The position numbers and the translations under genes are program-made. A DNA stretch of 64,000 bases, taken from NCBI GenBank assembly GCA_965232515.1, contig CBDDPY010000002.1:6656001-6720000 (forward strand), read 5' to 3'. The notes under the pieces were generated by a model. It was not told the DNA's origin, ran no database searches, and saw only the letters and a program-made list of their open reading frames with translations. Each line of letters begins with the position of its first letter. The first letter of the stretch is position 1. Source of the DNA: Alphaproteobacteria bacterium. GTDB lineage: Bacteria > Pseudomonadota > Alphaproteobacteria > GCA-2731375. Below are positions 18,597-28,667 of the stretch, piece after piece.

Positions 18597-19582
18597 GTTT
18601 CGTTTACTCCGAATTCCTGCAGGTCGGCACTGGCTTGCGGGTCCTGGGTCAACACGCGCGACAACGACATCGGGTTCAGTGGCCTCAGGCCCTGTGCGAC
18701 CGACGGCGTGATGCTGACTTCGGTGAAGGCGAGGTCGCCGGCCAGGGCCGCCGTCAGCATGGCGCCGATGCGGCGGGCCGCGTCAAGGCGGGTGACGATG
18801 AGCTTGCGGCAGCCGATCCGGGCGAACTGTTCCGCCGTCTCGGCCGCCTCGGCCGGGTCGGCGCTGGCGGTCAGGACAAGGATCGGCTCGACCTTCGCCG
18901 TCTTGATGAAAGCCGCCAGATCGGACATTTCGGACTCGTCAAACGGATTGGTGCCCGGCGAGTCGATGACCAGCGCGGTGTCGCCCTGTGCCTCCGCGGC
19001 GCGGCGAAGCTCGCCCGGCGAGTCCGCCATCATCAGCGGTTGCTCCAGCAGCGAGGTATAGGCTTCCAACTGAGCAATGGCGCCGGCGCGGACGGTATCC
19101 GTCGTGGCAACCGTAACGGCGCCGCCCTGAAGAACCGTGCGCGCGGCCAGCTTGGCGACGCAGACGGTCTTGCCCACGCCGGGCGGTCCGACCAGCATAA
19201 TCGGCCGGGCCGCCGGATCGGCGCGGTTGGCGAAGGAAAAATAGTTGTCGAGCGCACCGGCCAGCGCCGCCGTCGGATCCGCGGTCGGCATGTCGCCGGC
19301 GCAGGCGATCAGCCGCGACCGTAGCCGCACCGGCACGCCATGATAGTCCAGCATGTCGTGCAGCGGCGTCGGCTCGGCCGGCGCTTCCGCCGGCTCCGAC
19401 TTGGACAGGCTGGCGCTGAGATCGCGGTCGGCCTGCGGCTCGTCCATCGCCGCGGTGATCTGCACGCCACGACCGCGTCGGCTGCGGTGCGTCGAGACAA
19501 TGATGGCGTCGGGACCGAGCGCGGCGCGGACCTGCGCCATGGCCTCGGTCATCGTGGCGGCATTGAAGGAACGGACACGCAT
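18593..19582 (-). CDS. flhF: Flagellar SRP-type GTPase FlhF
   Basis: MRVRSFNAATMTEAMAQVR N-terminus, GPPGVGKT, DSPG and TRLD. Confidence 0.88.
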   Translation of the reverse strand: MRVRSFNAATMTEAMAQVRAALGPDAIIVSTHRSRRGRGVQITAAMDEPQADRDLSASLSKSEPAEAPAEPTPLHDMLDYHGVPVRLRSRLIACAGDMPTADPTAALAGALDNYFSFANRADPAARPIMLVGPPGVGKTVCVAKLAARTVLQGGAVTVATTDTVRAGAIAQLEAYTSLLEQPLMMADSPGELRRAAEAQGDTALVIDSPGTNPFDESEMSDLAAFIKTAKVEPILVLTASADPAEAAETAEQFARIGCRKLIVTRLDAARRIGAMLTAALAGDLAFTEVSITPSVAQGLRPLNPMSLSRVLTQDPQASADLQEFGVNET

Positions 19583-19597
19583 GCCAAACTCGGAACG

Positions 19598-21712
19598 CTA
19601 AACCTGGGCCAAGGTGCGGATCTTGGCCTGGGGATGGATCTCGTTTTGCGAGAGCACCATCGTCGATGGCCGGAAGCGCTCGATGATCGAGCGCACGAAG
19701 GGGCGGATCGCCGGACTGGTCAGCAGCACCGGTATCTCGCCCTGCTGGTTGACCTCGTCGAGCACCTGCCGCACGCGAGCAATGAATTCCTGCAGCCGGC
19801 TGGGGGCCATGGCGAGCTGCCGATCGTCGCCCTGACCGATCACGGACTCGGCGAAGGCCTGCTCCCATTCCGGCGACAGGGTGATCAGCGGCACGTAGCC
19901 GTTGGCCGTGGTGGTTGCGTGACTGATCTGCCGCGCCAGGCGGGCGCGGACATGCTCTGCGATCTGCACGATGTTCTGCGTGAAGCCGACGGCCTCGGCG
20001 ATGCCTTCGAGAATGGTCGGCAGGTCGCGGACGGACACGCGTTCGGCCAGCAGTCGCTGGAGGACGCGCTGGATCGCCGTGATCGAGATCTGCGACGGCA
20101 CGATGTCGTCCACCAGCTTGCTGTGCTGCGGTGGCAGATCGTCCAGCAGTTTTTGCGTCGCGGCGTAGGACAACAGGTCGGCCATGTTGTCCTTGATCAG
20201 CTCCGTCAAATGCGTCGTCACCACGGTGGCGGCGTCGACCACCGTGTAGCCGCGGAACGACGCCTCCTCGCGCAGCGTTTCGTCGACCCACATGGCGGGC
20301 AGCCCGAAGGCCGGCTCGGTGGTGGGTTCTCCCTGCAGGCTGATCTTGCCGCCGGTCGGGTCCATGACCAGCAGCTTGCCGGTGCGCAGCTCGCCACGGG
20401 CCGCCTCGACCTCCTTGACGCGAATGGCATATTCGTCGGCCGAAAGCTGCATGTTGTCGAGGATGCGGACCGACGGCATGACGAAGCCGACGTCGCTGGC
20501 GATCTGCCGGCGCAGGGCCTTGATCTGGTCGGTCAGCCGGTAGCCCTGGTTGTTGTTGATCAGGCCCAGCAGGCCATAACCCAGCTCGATGCGCAGATCG
20601 TCGATGGCGAGCGCCGTCGAGATCGGCTCCTCGACCGGCTCCTCCGATTCCTTGGCCTCCGCCTCGGCCTGCGCCTCCTCGACTACGGCGATCGCCCGCT
20701 TGCGGGTCAAATGCCAGGCGAAGCCGCCGGTGACGGCGGCCAGCAGCAGGAACGGCAGCATCGGAATGCCGGGCAGCAGCGCCAGGCACAGCAGCAGGAA
20801 GGCGCTCAATCCCAGGCCGCGCGGATAGTTGCCCAGCTGGCCGAACAACGCCTTGTCCGTCGGTCCGGCGAGACCGGCCTTCGAGACCAGAAGGCCGGCG
20901 GCGGTCGAGACGATCAGTGCCGGGATCTGGGTGACGAGGCCATCGCCGACGGTCAGCAGGGTGTAGGTCTGGGAAGCCTGCTTGAAGGTCAGATCGTTCT
21001 GGGCGACGCCGACGATGATGCCGCCGACCACGTTGATCACGGTAATCAGCAGGCCGGCGATGGCGTCGCCGCGCACGAACTTGGCGGCGCCGTCCATGGC
21101 GCCGAAAAAGGTGCTTTCGTCCTCCAGGTCCTTGCGTCGCCGGCGGGCTTCGTCCTCGTCGATCATGCCGGCCGAGAGGTCGGCGTCGATCGCCATCTGC
21201 TTGCCCGGCATGGCGTCCAGGCTGAAGCGCGCGGCGACCTCGGCGATGCGGCCGGAACCCTTGGTGATGACGACGAAATTGACGATCACCAGAATCGCGA
21301 AAACGATGATTCCGATCACGAAGTTGCCGCTCATGACGAAGCCGCCGAAAGCTTCGATGACATCGCCGGCGGCGCTCGTTCCCTCGTGACCGTCGCTCAG
21401 GATCAGGCGTGTCGAGGCCATGTTGAGGGCCAGCCGCAGCATCGTCGCCAGCAACAGCACGGTCGGAAATGAGCTGAACTCGAGCGGTCGCCCGATGAAC
21501 AGGCAGGTCATCAGGATCAGCACGGAGAAGGTGATCGAGATGGCCAGCGAGATGTCGAGCAGCCAGCTCGGCATCGGCAGGATCAGGACGACGAGGATGC
21601 AGGCAACGGCCAGCGCCAGCGCGATATCGCTCTGGCGCAGACGCTGCAAGGTCGCCTGCACGAAATCGCCGCCCTCGGCCGGTTTCGCCGGAGCTGCGTT
21701 GCCCTCGCTCAT
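19598..21712 (-). CDS. flhA: Flagellar export gate FlhA
   Basis: FVVITKGSGRIAEVAARFSLDAMPGKQMAIDADL and GAMDGAAKFVRGDA. Confidence 0.97.
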   Translation of the reverse strand: MSEGNAAPAKPAEGGDFVQATLQRLRQSDIALALAVACILVVLILPMPSWLLDISLAISITFSVLILMTCLFIGRPLEFSSFPTVLLLATMLRLALNMASTRLILSDGHEGTSAAGDVIEAFGGFVMSGNFVIGIIVFAILVIVNFVVITKGSGRIAEVAARFSLDAMPGKQMAIDADLSAGMIDEDEARRRRKDLEDESTFFGAMDGAAKFVRGDAIAGLLITVINVVGGIIVGVAQNDLTFKQASQTYTLLTVGDGLVTQIPALIVSTAAGLLVSKAGLAGPTDKALFGQLGNYPRGLGLSAFLLLCLALLPGIPMLPFLLLAAVTGGFAWHLTRKRAIAVVEEAQAEAEAKESEEPVEEPISTALAIDDLRIELGYGLLGLINNNQGYRLTDQIKALRRQIASDVGFVMPSVRILDNMQLSADEYAIRVKEVEAARGELRTGKLLVMDPTGGKISLQGEPTTEPAFGLPAMWVDETLREEASFRGYTVVDAATVVTTHLTELIKDNMADLLSYAATQKLLDDLPPQHSKLVDDIVPSQISITAIQRVLQRLLAERVSVRDLPTILEGIAEAVGFTQNIVQIAEHVRARLARQISHATTTANGYVPLITLSPEWEQAFAESVIGQGDDRQLAMAPSRLQEFIARVRQVLDEVNQQGEIPVLLTSPAIRPFVRSIIERFRPSTMVLSQNEIHPQAKIRTLAQV

Positions 21713-21730
21713 CCCCCAAGTGTCCCTGCG

Positions 21731-23101
21731 TTAGATGCCCGCCGGATTGGTCTCGCCGGGCATCGGCACGCGAACGCCGTCCTCGCTGTACTGCTTCAGC
21801 TTGTTGCGCAGCGTGCGGATCGAGATGCCGAGTATGTTGGCCGCATGCGTGCGGTTGCCGAGGCAGTGATAGAGGGTGTCGATGATCAACTCGCGCTCGA
21901 CGTCGGCGACGGTCCGTCCGACCATCAACGCGCCGGCGCCGTCTTGCGCGGCCGCGCCGGAAGCCGTGTCGCCGAGCGGCGTTCCGAGCGCGCTGGCGCG
22001 CTGGCCGTCCGGCGTCATGATCGCCTGCGGGCCGATCTCATCGCCGTCGGCGAGCAGCACGGCGCGGTGGATCGTGTTCTCCAGCTCGCGGACATTGCCC
22101 GGCCATTGATGGTTGGCCAGCAGTTCGAAGGTCGGCTCGGCCAGGGGCCGGACGGGCACGCCATTGGCGTCTGCATACTTGCGGGCGAAGTGCTCGGCCA
22201 GCAGCCGGATGTCCTTCTGACGCTCGCGCAGAGAGGGAATGCGCAGGTTGACGACATTCAGGCGGAACAGCAGATCTTCGCGAAAGGAACCTTCCTTCAC
22301 GGCTTCGGCGAGGTCGCGGTTCGAGGTGGCGATCAGCCGGATGTTGATCTTGATCGGCTTGGTGCCGCCGACCCGGTCGATCTCGCGTTCCTGAATGGCG
22401 CGCAGCAGCTTGGCCTGCAGCCGCGGGTCCATCTCGCTGATTTCATCGAGCAGCAGGGTGCCGCCGTTGGCCTCCTCGAACTTGCCGATGCGGCGCGCGA
22501 CGGCGCCGGTAAAGGCGCCTTTTTCGTGGCCGAACAGCTCACTTTCGAGCAGGTTCTCGGGAATGGCCGCGCAGTTGACCGAGATGAACGGCATCGAGGC
22601 CCGGTTACTCTTGCGGTGGACGTAGCGGGCCATCACCTCCTTGCCGGTGCCGGACTCGCCGGTGACCAGCACGCTCGCCTCGCTGGCGGCGACCTGATCG
22701 GCCAGCGCCACCACTTGGGCCATGGCGCCATCCTCGAAGATGAAGGCGTGGTTCTCCTCGGTGACGGCTTCCAGCACGGCCGCGATGAGTTCGGGGTCGG
22801 GCGGCAGCGGGATGTATTCCTTGGCGCCGGCACGGATCGCGCTGACCGCGGCCTCGGTGTCGGAACGGATGCCGCAGGCCACGACCGGCACATTGATGCG
22901 CTCCGAGTTCAGGCTTTCGAGGAAGCCGGCAATATCGTGACCGACCTCCATCATCACCAGCTCGGCGCCCTGTCCGGTCCGCAGATGATTCAGCGCCACC
23001 TCAGGCGTCTCGGCGTGCGCCACCTTGGCGCCGCGGGTCATGGCGATCTTGGTCGCGGCGGCGACCTGACCGTCCAGTGAGCCGATGATGAGCAACCGCA
23101 T
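21731..23101 (-). CDS. flbD: Sigma54-dependent flagellar activator FlbD
   Basis: Atypical receiver (MRLLIIGSLDGQV), GESGTGKE, GAFTGA and a C-terminal HTH (LGISIRTLRNKL); lies in the fliF operon. Confidence 0.93.
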   Translation of the reverse strand: MRLLIIGSLDGQVAAATKIAMTRGAKVAHAETPEVALNHLRTGQGAELVMMEVGHDIAGFLESLNSERINVPVVACGIRSDTEAAVSAIRAGAKEYIPLPPDPELIAAVLEAVTEENHAFIFEDGAMAQVVALADQVAASEASVLVTGESGTGKEVMARYVHRKSNRASMPFISVNCAAIPENLLESELFGHEKGAFTGAVARRIGKFEEANGGTLLLDEISEMDPRLQAKLLRAIQEREIDRVGGTKPIKINIRLIATSNRDLAEAVKEGSFREDLLFRLNVVNLRIPSLRERQKDIRLLAEHFARKYADANGVPVRPLAEPTFELLANHQWPGNVRELENTIHRAVLLADGDEIGPQAIMTPDGQRASALGTPLGDTASGAAAQDGAGALMVGRTVADVERELIIDTLYHCLGNRTHAANILGISIRTLRNKLKQYSEDGVRVPMPGETNPAGI

Positions 23102-23136
23102 TTCTTAACGTCTCCGGTGGGTCGATTTCAGTTCGA

Positions 23137-23904
23137 TCATTTGAAGTAGGCGACGCGCTTGGCCGGCGGCAGCAGCGCGTTGAGCAGCATTTCCAGCCGC
23201 CGCGGGTTCTCCTGCCGACCGATCGAGGCCGCGGCCAGCAGGTAGACATTGCTGACGAGGACCTCTTCCTCGGAGTTCCGCTCCAGCTTCGTGGCCAGCG
23301 GCGAGAACACCATGTTGGCCAGGATCGCCCCGTAGAACGTGGTCAGCAGCGCGACCGCCATGCTCGGGCCGATGGTCGATGGATCTTCCAGGTTGCCGAG
23401 CATCTGCACCAGCCCAACCAGCGTGCCGATCAAGCCCATCGCCGGGGCGACCTCGGCGGCCTTGCGAAAGACGCCGGCGCTGCGCAGGTGGCGGTAGGAC
23501 GTGGCGCTGACCTCGCCCCGCAGGATGCGTTCGACCTCCTCGCCGGGCATGCCGTCGACAACCATGTTCAATGCTTTCGACAGGAATGGCTGGTTGCCGA
23601 TGCGGTCGATCGCCGGCTGCAGCGACAGGATGCCCGACTTGCGGGCGCCCTCGGCCAGCTGCAGCATCTGGATCGCGGCGAGGCGGGCGTCGGGGCGCCG
23701 ATCCGAGAGGGCGTAGAACAGCACGCGCGGCGCGCGCAGCACCTCGTCGATCGAGAAGCAGATCGCGGTCACCGAAAACGTGCCGCCGAAGACGATCAGA
23801 ATCGCCGGCACATCGACAAAGGATCCCGGCGAGCCGCCCAGCACCATGGCCAGGCCGACCAGGCTGAAGCCGCCGATCAGGCCGAGGATGGTGGCTATGT
23901 CCAT
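23137..23904 (-). CDS. motA: Flagellar stator MotA/PomA-type protein
   Basis: MDIATILG, ARKSGILSL and APAMGLIGTLVGLVQMLGNLEDPSTIGPSMAVALLTTFYG. Confidence 0.88.
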   Translation of the reverse strand: MDIATILGLIGGFSLVGLAMVLGGSPGSFVDVPAILIVFGGTFSVTAICFSIDEVLRAPRVLFYALSDRRPDARLAAIQMLQLAEGARKSGILSLQPAIDRIGNQPFLSKALNMVVDGMPGEEVERILRGEVSATSYRHLRSAGVFRKAAEVAPAMGLIGTLVGLVQMLGNLEDPSTIGPSMAVALLTTFYGAILANMVFSPLATKLERNSEEEVLVSNVYLLAAASIGRQENPRRLEMLLNALLPPAKRVAYFK

Positions 23905-23971
23905 CTGTACGCCTCCCGGGTCCGGCTATGTCCTGTCGCGATCATCCTGCAACGTCCGATGGGTTTCTCGA

Positions 23972-24334
23972 TTAGTGCCGTTCGGCCTTGATGATCTCGG
24001 TCATGGTCACACCCAGACGGTCCTCGACCACGACGACCTCGCCGCGTGCGACCAGGCGGTTGTTCACATAGATGTCGATCGCCTCGCCGACCTTGCGGTC
24101 CAGTTCGACGACGGCGCCGCGGCCCAGCTTCAGCAGGGAACTGACCTGCATCGTCGACTTGCCGAGCACGGCCGAAACGTTGACGGGAATGTCGTAGACG
24201 GCGGCAAGGTCGTTGGCGGTCTTGACCTCGTCCTGCTGCTCGGGTTCGGCCAGGACCGCCGACGCTTCGCCGTCTTCCTCGCTCGGCGCCTCGGCCGGAT
24301 CGAGTTCTTCGAGATTAAGATCGTCGTCAGCCAT
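23972..24334 (-). CDS. fliN: Flagellar switch protein FliN
   Basis: DIPVNVSAVLGK...VELDRKVGEAIDIYVNNRLVARGEVVVV. Confidence 0.95.
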   Translation of the reverse strand: MADDDLNLEELDPAEAPSEEDGEASAVLAEPEQQDEVKTANDLAAVYDIPVNVSAVLGKSTMQVSSLLKLGRGAVVELDRKVGEAIDIYVNNRLVARGEVVVVEDRLGVTMTEIIKAERH

Positions 24335-24343
24335 CAGGCTCTC

Positions 24344-25204
24344 CTATTCATCGGCCGCGGGCGCCGTGTCGGCCTGTTCGGCCGGCGGCGGCGTGGCGTC
24401 CGACCGGCCCGTCAGAGGCGGCAGCGCGTCGTTTGCCAATGGGTCGTCGGGGTCGATGTCGTCGGCCGGGGGCCGCGCTTCCGGCGCCGGCTCCTCGGTC
24501 TCGGCCGTGGTCGCCGGGGCGTCGTCTGCGGTCGGCGGCTCCGCGGCTTCCGGCAGCTCGGCTGCCGCCTCCGCCTGCAGACCGAGGTAACGCTGGACGG
24601 CCTCGCCGACGTCGTTCAGGAGAACGGCCATATCGCGTTCCGCGCCACCGTCGGGCCATTCGATCCGGCAGTCGCCGATCGCCATCTGGGGCTCGCCGAT
24701 CAGCACGATTTTGCCGGCGAAGCCGGTCGAGGTCGAAAGCTGTCCGATCCGTTCGTGCAGCGGCTCGACCAGATCTTCGGCCACGCGGATGACGATGCGC
24801 GGTTCGGCCTGCAGTCGTCCGAGGCACTCGCCGACCAGGTTTTCGATCTCGCCCAGCGGTTCGCGCTCGATCAATCCGGCGGCCAGCCGGTCGGCGATGT
24901 TGAAGGCCAGCCGGGCGGCGTCGGCCCGGATGTTCACGATCGCCCGTTCGTGCGCGCCGCCGAGATGCGCGATCTGTTCGGCGATCTGTTGCAGCGCGTC
25001 GGCGGCGGTCTTCTCGATTTCGCCAAGCGCGTGCTGCACGCCGAGTTCGAATCCGGCTTTCTGGCCCTCGCCGCGGGCGGCGGCCAAGTCGTCGTCGGTG
25101 TATTGGGGCTTCGGCTTCGCTCTCGCCTTGGCCGCCTGCGACAGCTCCTCCGTCGAGGTCGGATCGAACTCGTTGTCGAACAGGAATTTCGCGGACGTGG
25201 TCAT
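24344..25204 (-). CDS. fliH: Flagellar assembly protein FliH
   Basis: KFLFDNEF N-terminus, GxxxG repeats and GDCRIEWPDGGAER; lies between fliG and fliN. Has an acidic Pro-rich tail. Confidence 0.88.
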   Translation of the reverse strand: MTTSAKFLFDNEFDPTSTEELSQAAKARAKPKPQYTDDDLAAARGEGQKAGFELGVQHALGEIEKTAADALQQIAEQIAHLGGAHERAIVNIRADAARLAFNIADRLAAGLIEREPLGEIENLVGECLGRLQAEPRIVIRVAEDLVEPLHERIGQLSTSTGFAGKIVLIGEPQMAIGDCRIEWPDGGAERDMAVLLNDVGEAVQRYLGLQAEAAAELPEAAEPPTADDAPATTAETEEPAPEARPPADDIDPDDPLANDALPPLTGRSDATPPPAEQADTAPAADE

Positions 25205-25214
25205 GGCCGGGCGC

Positions 25215-26231
25215 TCAATAGATCAGCTCGTCGTCTTCTTTGTTGTCGGCGAGCATGATTTCGCCGCGCTCGGCCAGGTCCTTGGCGATGTTCACGATCT
25301 CCATCTGCGCTTCGTCGACGTCCTTGAGACGCACCGGGCCCATGGCGTCCATGTCCTCGCGCAGGATCTTCGCCGCGCGCTCGGACATGTTCGAGAAGAA
25401 CAGATCGCGCAAGGCCTCCGACGATCCCTTCAGCGCCAGGCCCAGCTTGTCCTTCTCGACGCCGCGCAGCAGGGTCTGGACACCGCCCGGGTCGAGCTTG
25501 ATCAGGTCCTCGAACGTGAACATCAGGGCCTTGATCTTTTCGGCCGACTCGCGGCTGCGCTCTTCCAACGAGGTGATGAAACGGCTCTCCGTCGCCCGGT
25601 CCAGATTGTTGAAGATGTCGGCCATCATCTCGTGCGCGTCGCGCCGATTGGTCCGCGCCAGATTGCTCATGAATTCGATCCGGAGCGTGCGCTCGACCTT
25701 GTCCAGAATGTCTTTCTGCACGGATTCCATGCGCAGCATGCGGGTGATGACTTCCATGGCGAAGTCTTCCGGCAGCTCCGACAGCACGCGCGAGGCATGA
25801 TCGGGCCGGATCTTCGTCAGCACCACGGCGACCGTCTGCGGGTATTCGTTCTTGAGATAGTTGGCCAGCACCGTCTCGTTGACGTTGCCGAGCTTGTCCC
25901 ACATGGTGCGGCCGGCCGGCCCGCGGATCTCCTCCATGATCAGCTCGACGCGGTCGTCGGGCAGGATCTTGGCCAACAGCCGCTCGGTATTGTTCATCGA
26001 GCCGACCAGCGAGCCGGTCGACGCCATCTGGCTGACGAATTCCATGAACAGCTGCTCGACGGTGTCGGAGTCGATCTGGCCGAGGCTGGACATGGCCAGC
26101 GTAATTTCCTTGATCTCGTCGTCGTCCATCAGCTGCCAGAGCTGCAGGCCGTGCTCTTCGCCCAGCGCGAGCATGATGACGGCGGCTTTTTCGGCGCCGG
26201 AAAGTTGGATGCGAGCGGCAGCGGGTGGCAT
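25215..26231 (-). CDS. fliG: Flagellar switch protein FliG
   Basis: [22 protein letters not shown] and [13 protein letters not shown]. Confidence 0.96.
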   Translation of the reverse strand: MPPAAARIQLSGAEKAAVIMLALGEEHGLQLWQLMDDDEIKEITLAMSSLGQIDSDTVEQLFMEFVSQMASTGSLVGSMNNTERLLAKILPDDRVELIMEEIRGPAGRTMWDKLGNVNETVLANYLKNEYPQTVAVVLTKIRPDHASRVLSELPEDFAMEVITRMLRMESVQKDILDKVERTLRIEFMSNLARTNRRDAHEMMADIFNNLDRATESRFITSLEERSRESAEKIKALMFTFEDLIKLDPGGVQTLLRGVEKDKLGLALKGSSEALRDLFFSNMSERAAKILREDMDAMGPVRLKDVDEAQMEIVNIAKDLAERGEIMLADNKEDDELIY

Positions 26232-26246
26232 CTCTCGATCCCTCGA

Positions 26247-27980
26247 TCAGGTTTCCTGGTACATCCAGGACCGGAAGACCGCGACGGCGTCCTCCGGGTG
26301 CTTGTCGACGAGCTCGCCGATCTTGCGGATCGACGACTCCTTCACCCGCCCTTCGATCTTGTCGAGGTCGATCCCGCCGTCCTCTTCGTCGCCACCGCCA
26401 CCGCCACCACCGCCGCCGTCGACCTGGGCCATCACCATGGCGCGGGCCTCGTCGGCCGACATCTCGCCGGACTCGATGGCGGCGATGATCTCGGGATTGG
26501 CCAGCATGGCCTTCTCGGCTTCGGCATGCGTCAACTGGGGATGGCCGCCCGGACCGGGAAGCTGTGGCGTCTCCGGTTCCGGCGGCGGCTGGAAGGCGGC
26601 CGCGATCAGGGGCCTCAGCACCAACAGCATGGCCAGCAGGGCGACAATGACGAAGGCCGTGATCTCGCCGATGCGGAACAGGTCGCTCTTGTTGAGGCCC
26701 AGGAAGCCTTCATCGAGCGGCAGGCCGTCCAGATCCTCGTCGGGCCGGACGAACTGCATCGAGACGACCTCGACCACGTCGCCGCGCGCCTCGTCGAAGC
26801 CAATCGACGATTTCACCAGCGCGGCGATCTGCGCCAGTTCTTCCTCGCCGCGCGGCTTGTAGGTCGCCTGACCGTCCTCTGCCGTCTCGTAGGCGCCGTC
26901 GACCAGCACCGCGACGGACAGCCGGTTTACCGTCCCCGACTCGCGCACGCGCGTCTGGACGGTCCGTGAGATCTCGTAGTTGACCGTCTCCTCGAGGCGC
27001 TCTGACTGGCTTGCCGCGGTGTCGCCGGGTGTCGCCTCGGTGTCGGCGGTGGGCAGGTTGTTGCCGACGGTGACGGTTTTATCGGCGTTGGCCTCGCTGG
27101 AGCTTGCCGTCTCCTCGATGGTCTGTGTCGAGCGGGCGACCTGGCTCTCGGGATCGTACTCCTCGGAATTCGTCGTCACGCGGTCGAAATTCATGACCGC
27201 CGAGACCTGCGCCCGGACCTTGCCGGCGCCGACGGACTGCTCGACCAAGCCCTCGATCTGGTGCTTCAGGCGGTTTTCATAGGCCAGCTGCAGGTCGGCG
27301 AGACGGCTGGCGCCGCCTGTCGTACCCTCGTCCTCGCCGCGGGACAGCAGGTTGCCTTTGCCGTCGACGATGGAAACCCGGGAAGGCTCGAGATCCGGCA
27401 CGGCCGAGGAGATCAGATGCTGGATCGCCTGGACCTGCGGCGCGCCCAGCCGGGATCCGCCGCGCAGCTTCAGAATGATCGATGCGCTTGGCTCCGGCTT
27501 GTCCCGGCTGAACAGCTCGCGCCGCGGCAGCACCAGGTGAACGCGGGCGGCGGCGACCCGGTCGATGGTTTGGATCGTGCGCGACAACTCGCCTTCAAGG
27601 GCGCGCAGATGGTTCAGGTTCTGAACGAAGCTGGTCGTGCCCAGCGAGTCGCTGCGGTCGAACAGCTCATAGCCCAACGAGCCGCCGCTCGGCAGACCTT
27701 CCTCGGCCATGGTCAGGCGCAGCCGCAGAACCTGGTTTTCGGGCACGTGTACGTTGCGGCCCTGGTTCGAGAGCTCGAAGGGCACGTTCATGGTTTCGAG
27801 CCGGCCGACGATGCTGCCGGCATCCTCGACGGTCAGATCGGCGAACAGCAGGCTCATGTGCGGCGCGGCGAGCCGCGCCGACAGCATCACGAAGCCGGTG
27901 ATCAGCAGGGCGGCGATCGTGCCCATGACCAGCAGCTTGGCGGGGCCAAGGGATCGAAGTGTCGTGATAAGACTGTTCAC
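26247..27980 (-). CDS. fliF: Flagellar MS-ring protein FliF
   Basis: GYELFD, RALEGELSRTI, ARVHLVLP, ETVNYEIS and RLSVAVLVDG. Confidence 0.96.
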   Translation of the reverse strand: MNSLITTLRSLGPAKLLVMGTIAALLITGFVMLSARLAAPHMSLLFADLTVEDAGSIVGRLETMNVPFELSNQGRNVHVPENQVLRLRLTMAEEGLPSGGSLGYELFDRSDSLGTTSFVQNLNHLRALEGELSRTIQTIDRVAAARVHLVLPRRELFSRDKPEPSASIILKLRGGSRLGAPQVQAIQHLISSAVPDLEPSRVSIVDGKGNLLSRGEDEGTTGGASRLADLQLAYENRLKHQIEGLVEQSVGAGKVRAQVSAVMNFDRVTTNSEEYDPESQVARSTQTIEETASSSEANADKTVTVGNNLPTADTEATPGDTAASQSERLEETVNYEISRTVQTRVRESGTVNRLSVAVLVDGAYETAEDGQATYKPRGEEELAQIAALVKSSIGFDEARGDVVEVVSMQFVRPDEDLDGLPLDEGFLGLNKSDLFRIGEITAFVIVALLAMLLVLRPLIAAAFQPPPEPETPQLPGPGGHPQLTHAEAEKAMLANPEIIAAIESGEMSADEARAMVMAQVDGGGGGGGGGDEEDGGIDLDKIEGRVKESSIRKIGELVDKHPEDAVAVFRSWMYQET

Positions 27981-28062
27981 GTCTGGGACTACCGCACGCT
28001 AGAACCTGGCTACCGGCAATCGGGGACGCCAATCGGATGGTCGTCCGCCCGCCTGTCCGGTG

Positions 28063-28119
28063 CGGAAAATCTTGCCTAGTCGTCGTGAAAAACCGGTTAA
28101 CGACAGGAAGATATTGCCC
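28063..28119 (-). promoter_or_regulatory. fliF promoter: CtrA-like box flanked by two ftr-like (FlbD) sites
   Basis: TGAA-AAACCGG-TTAAC (28086-28101); CGGAAAATCTTGCCT (28063) and AGGAAGATATTGCCC (28105). Confidence 0.55.
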
Positions 28120-28216
28120 AGTCTCCGGCGCCGGCTGTCGCGGTTTAGCCTTGCTTGCGGTGTCTCGGTCGTGGGCGGAGCGGGGCGTTTCGAAGCCCGC
28201 CGTCCAGTCGGGCGGA

Positions 28217-28552
28217 TCAGTTCTTGGTCGAGTTGCCCGAGCGGCTGTCCTCGGCGTCCCGGTAGAGCTGGACGCGCGTGGTCCGCAGACCCGGCAGGCC
28301 GAAGTTGTCGATGGCGCGCTGCCAGGACAGATACTCCTCCACCGACAGCTCGTAACGCGCGCAGGCGTCTTCCAGGCTGATCAGGCCCCCGCGCACGGCG
28401 GCAACGACCTGCGCTTTGCGCCGGATGACCCAACGTTTTGTGTTGGGCGGCGGCAGATCGTCGATCGTCAGCGGTTCCCCATGGGGACCGATAACGGATC
28501 GAGGCCCGTGGATATCGGTGTCCGTCATACTGGTGACCTGGAACTCATTCAT
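28217..28552 (-). CDS. sciP: CtrA inhibitor SciP (DUF1153)
   Basis: VIGPHGEPLTIDDLPPPNTKRWVIRRKAQVVAAVRGGLISLEDACARY...GLRTTRVQLYR. Confidence 0.95.
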   Translation of the reverse strand: MNEFQVTSMTDTDIHGPRSVIGPHGEPLTIDDLPPPNTKRWVIRRKAQVVAAVRGGLISLEDACARYELSVEEYLSWQRAIDNFGLPGLRTTRVQLYRDAEDSRSGNSTKN

Positions 28553-28583
28553 CTTTGATGGCCTGGAGGGTACGCGTTTCCGT

Positions 28584-28622
28584 TTAAAGAAAGGCTAAGC
28601 GACAGGGTTAAGAGGGGGCTAA
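28584..28622. promoter_or_regulatory. Tandem CtrA-like boxes upstream of sciP
   Basis: TTAA-AGAAAGG-CTAA (28584-28598) and TTAA-GAGGGGG-CTAA (28608-28622). Confidence 0.7.
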
Positions 28623-28667
28623 GCGGACCCGGCCAAAATGGCGGAAACGGCCGGGTCCGCAGAGCTG

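Noticed and set aside
26390-26420. Triplet repeat encoding poly-Gly in fliF
   Set aside because: Mixed GGC/GGT codons in a flexible linker; in-frame, so not a phase-variation signal.
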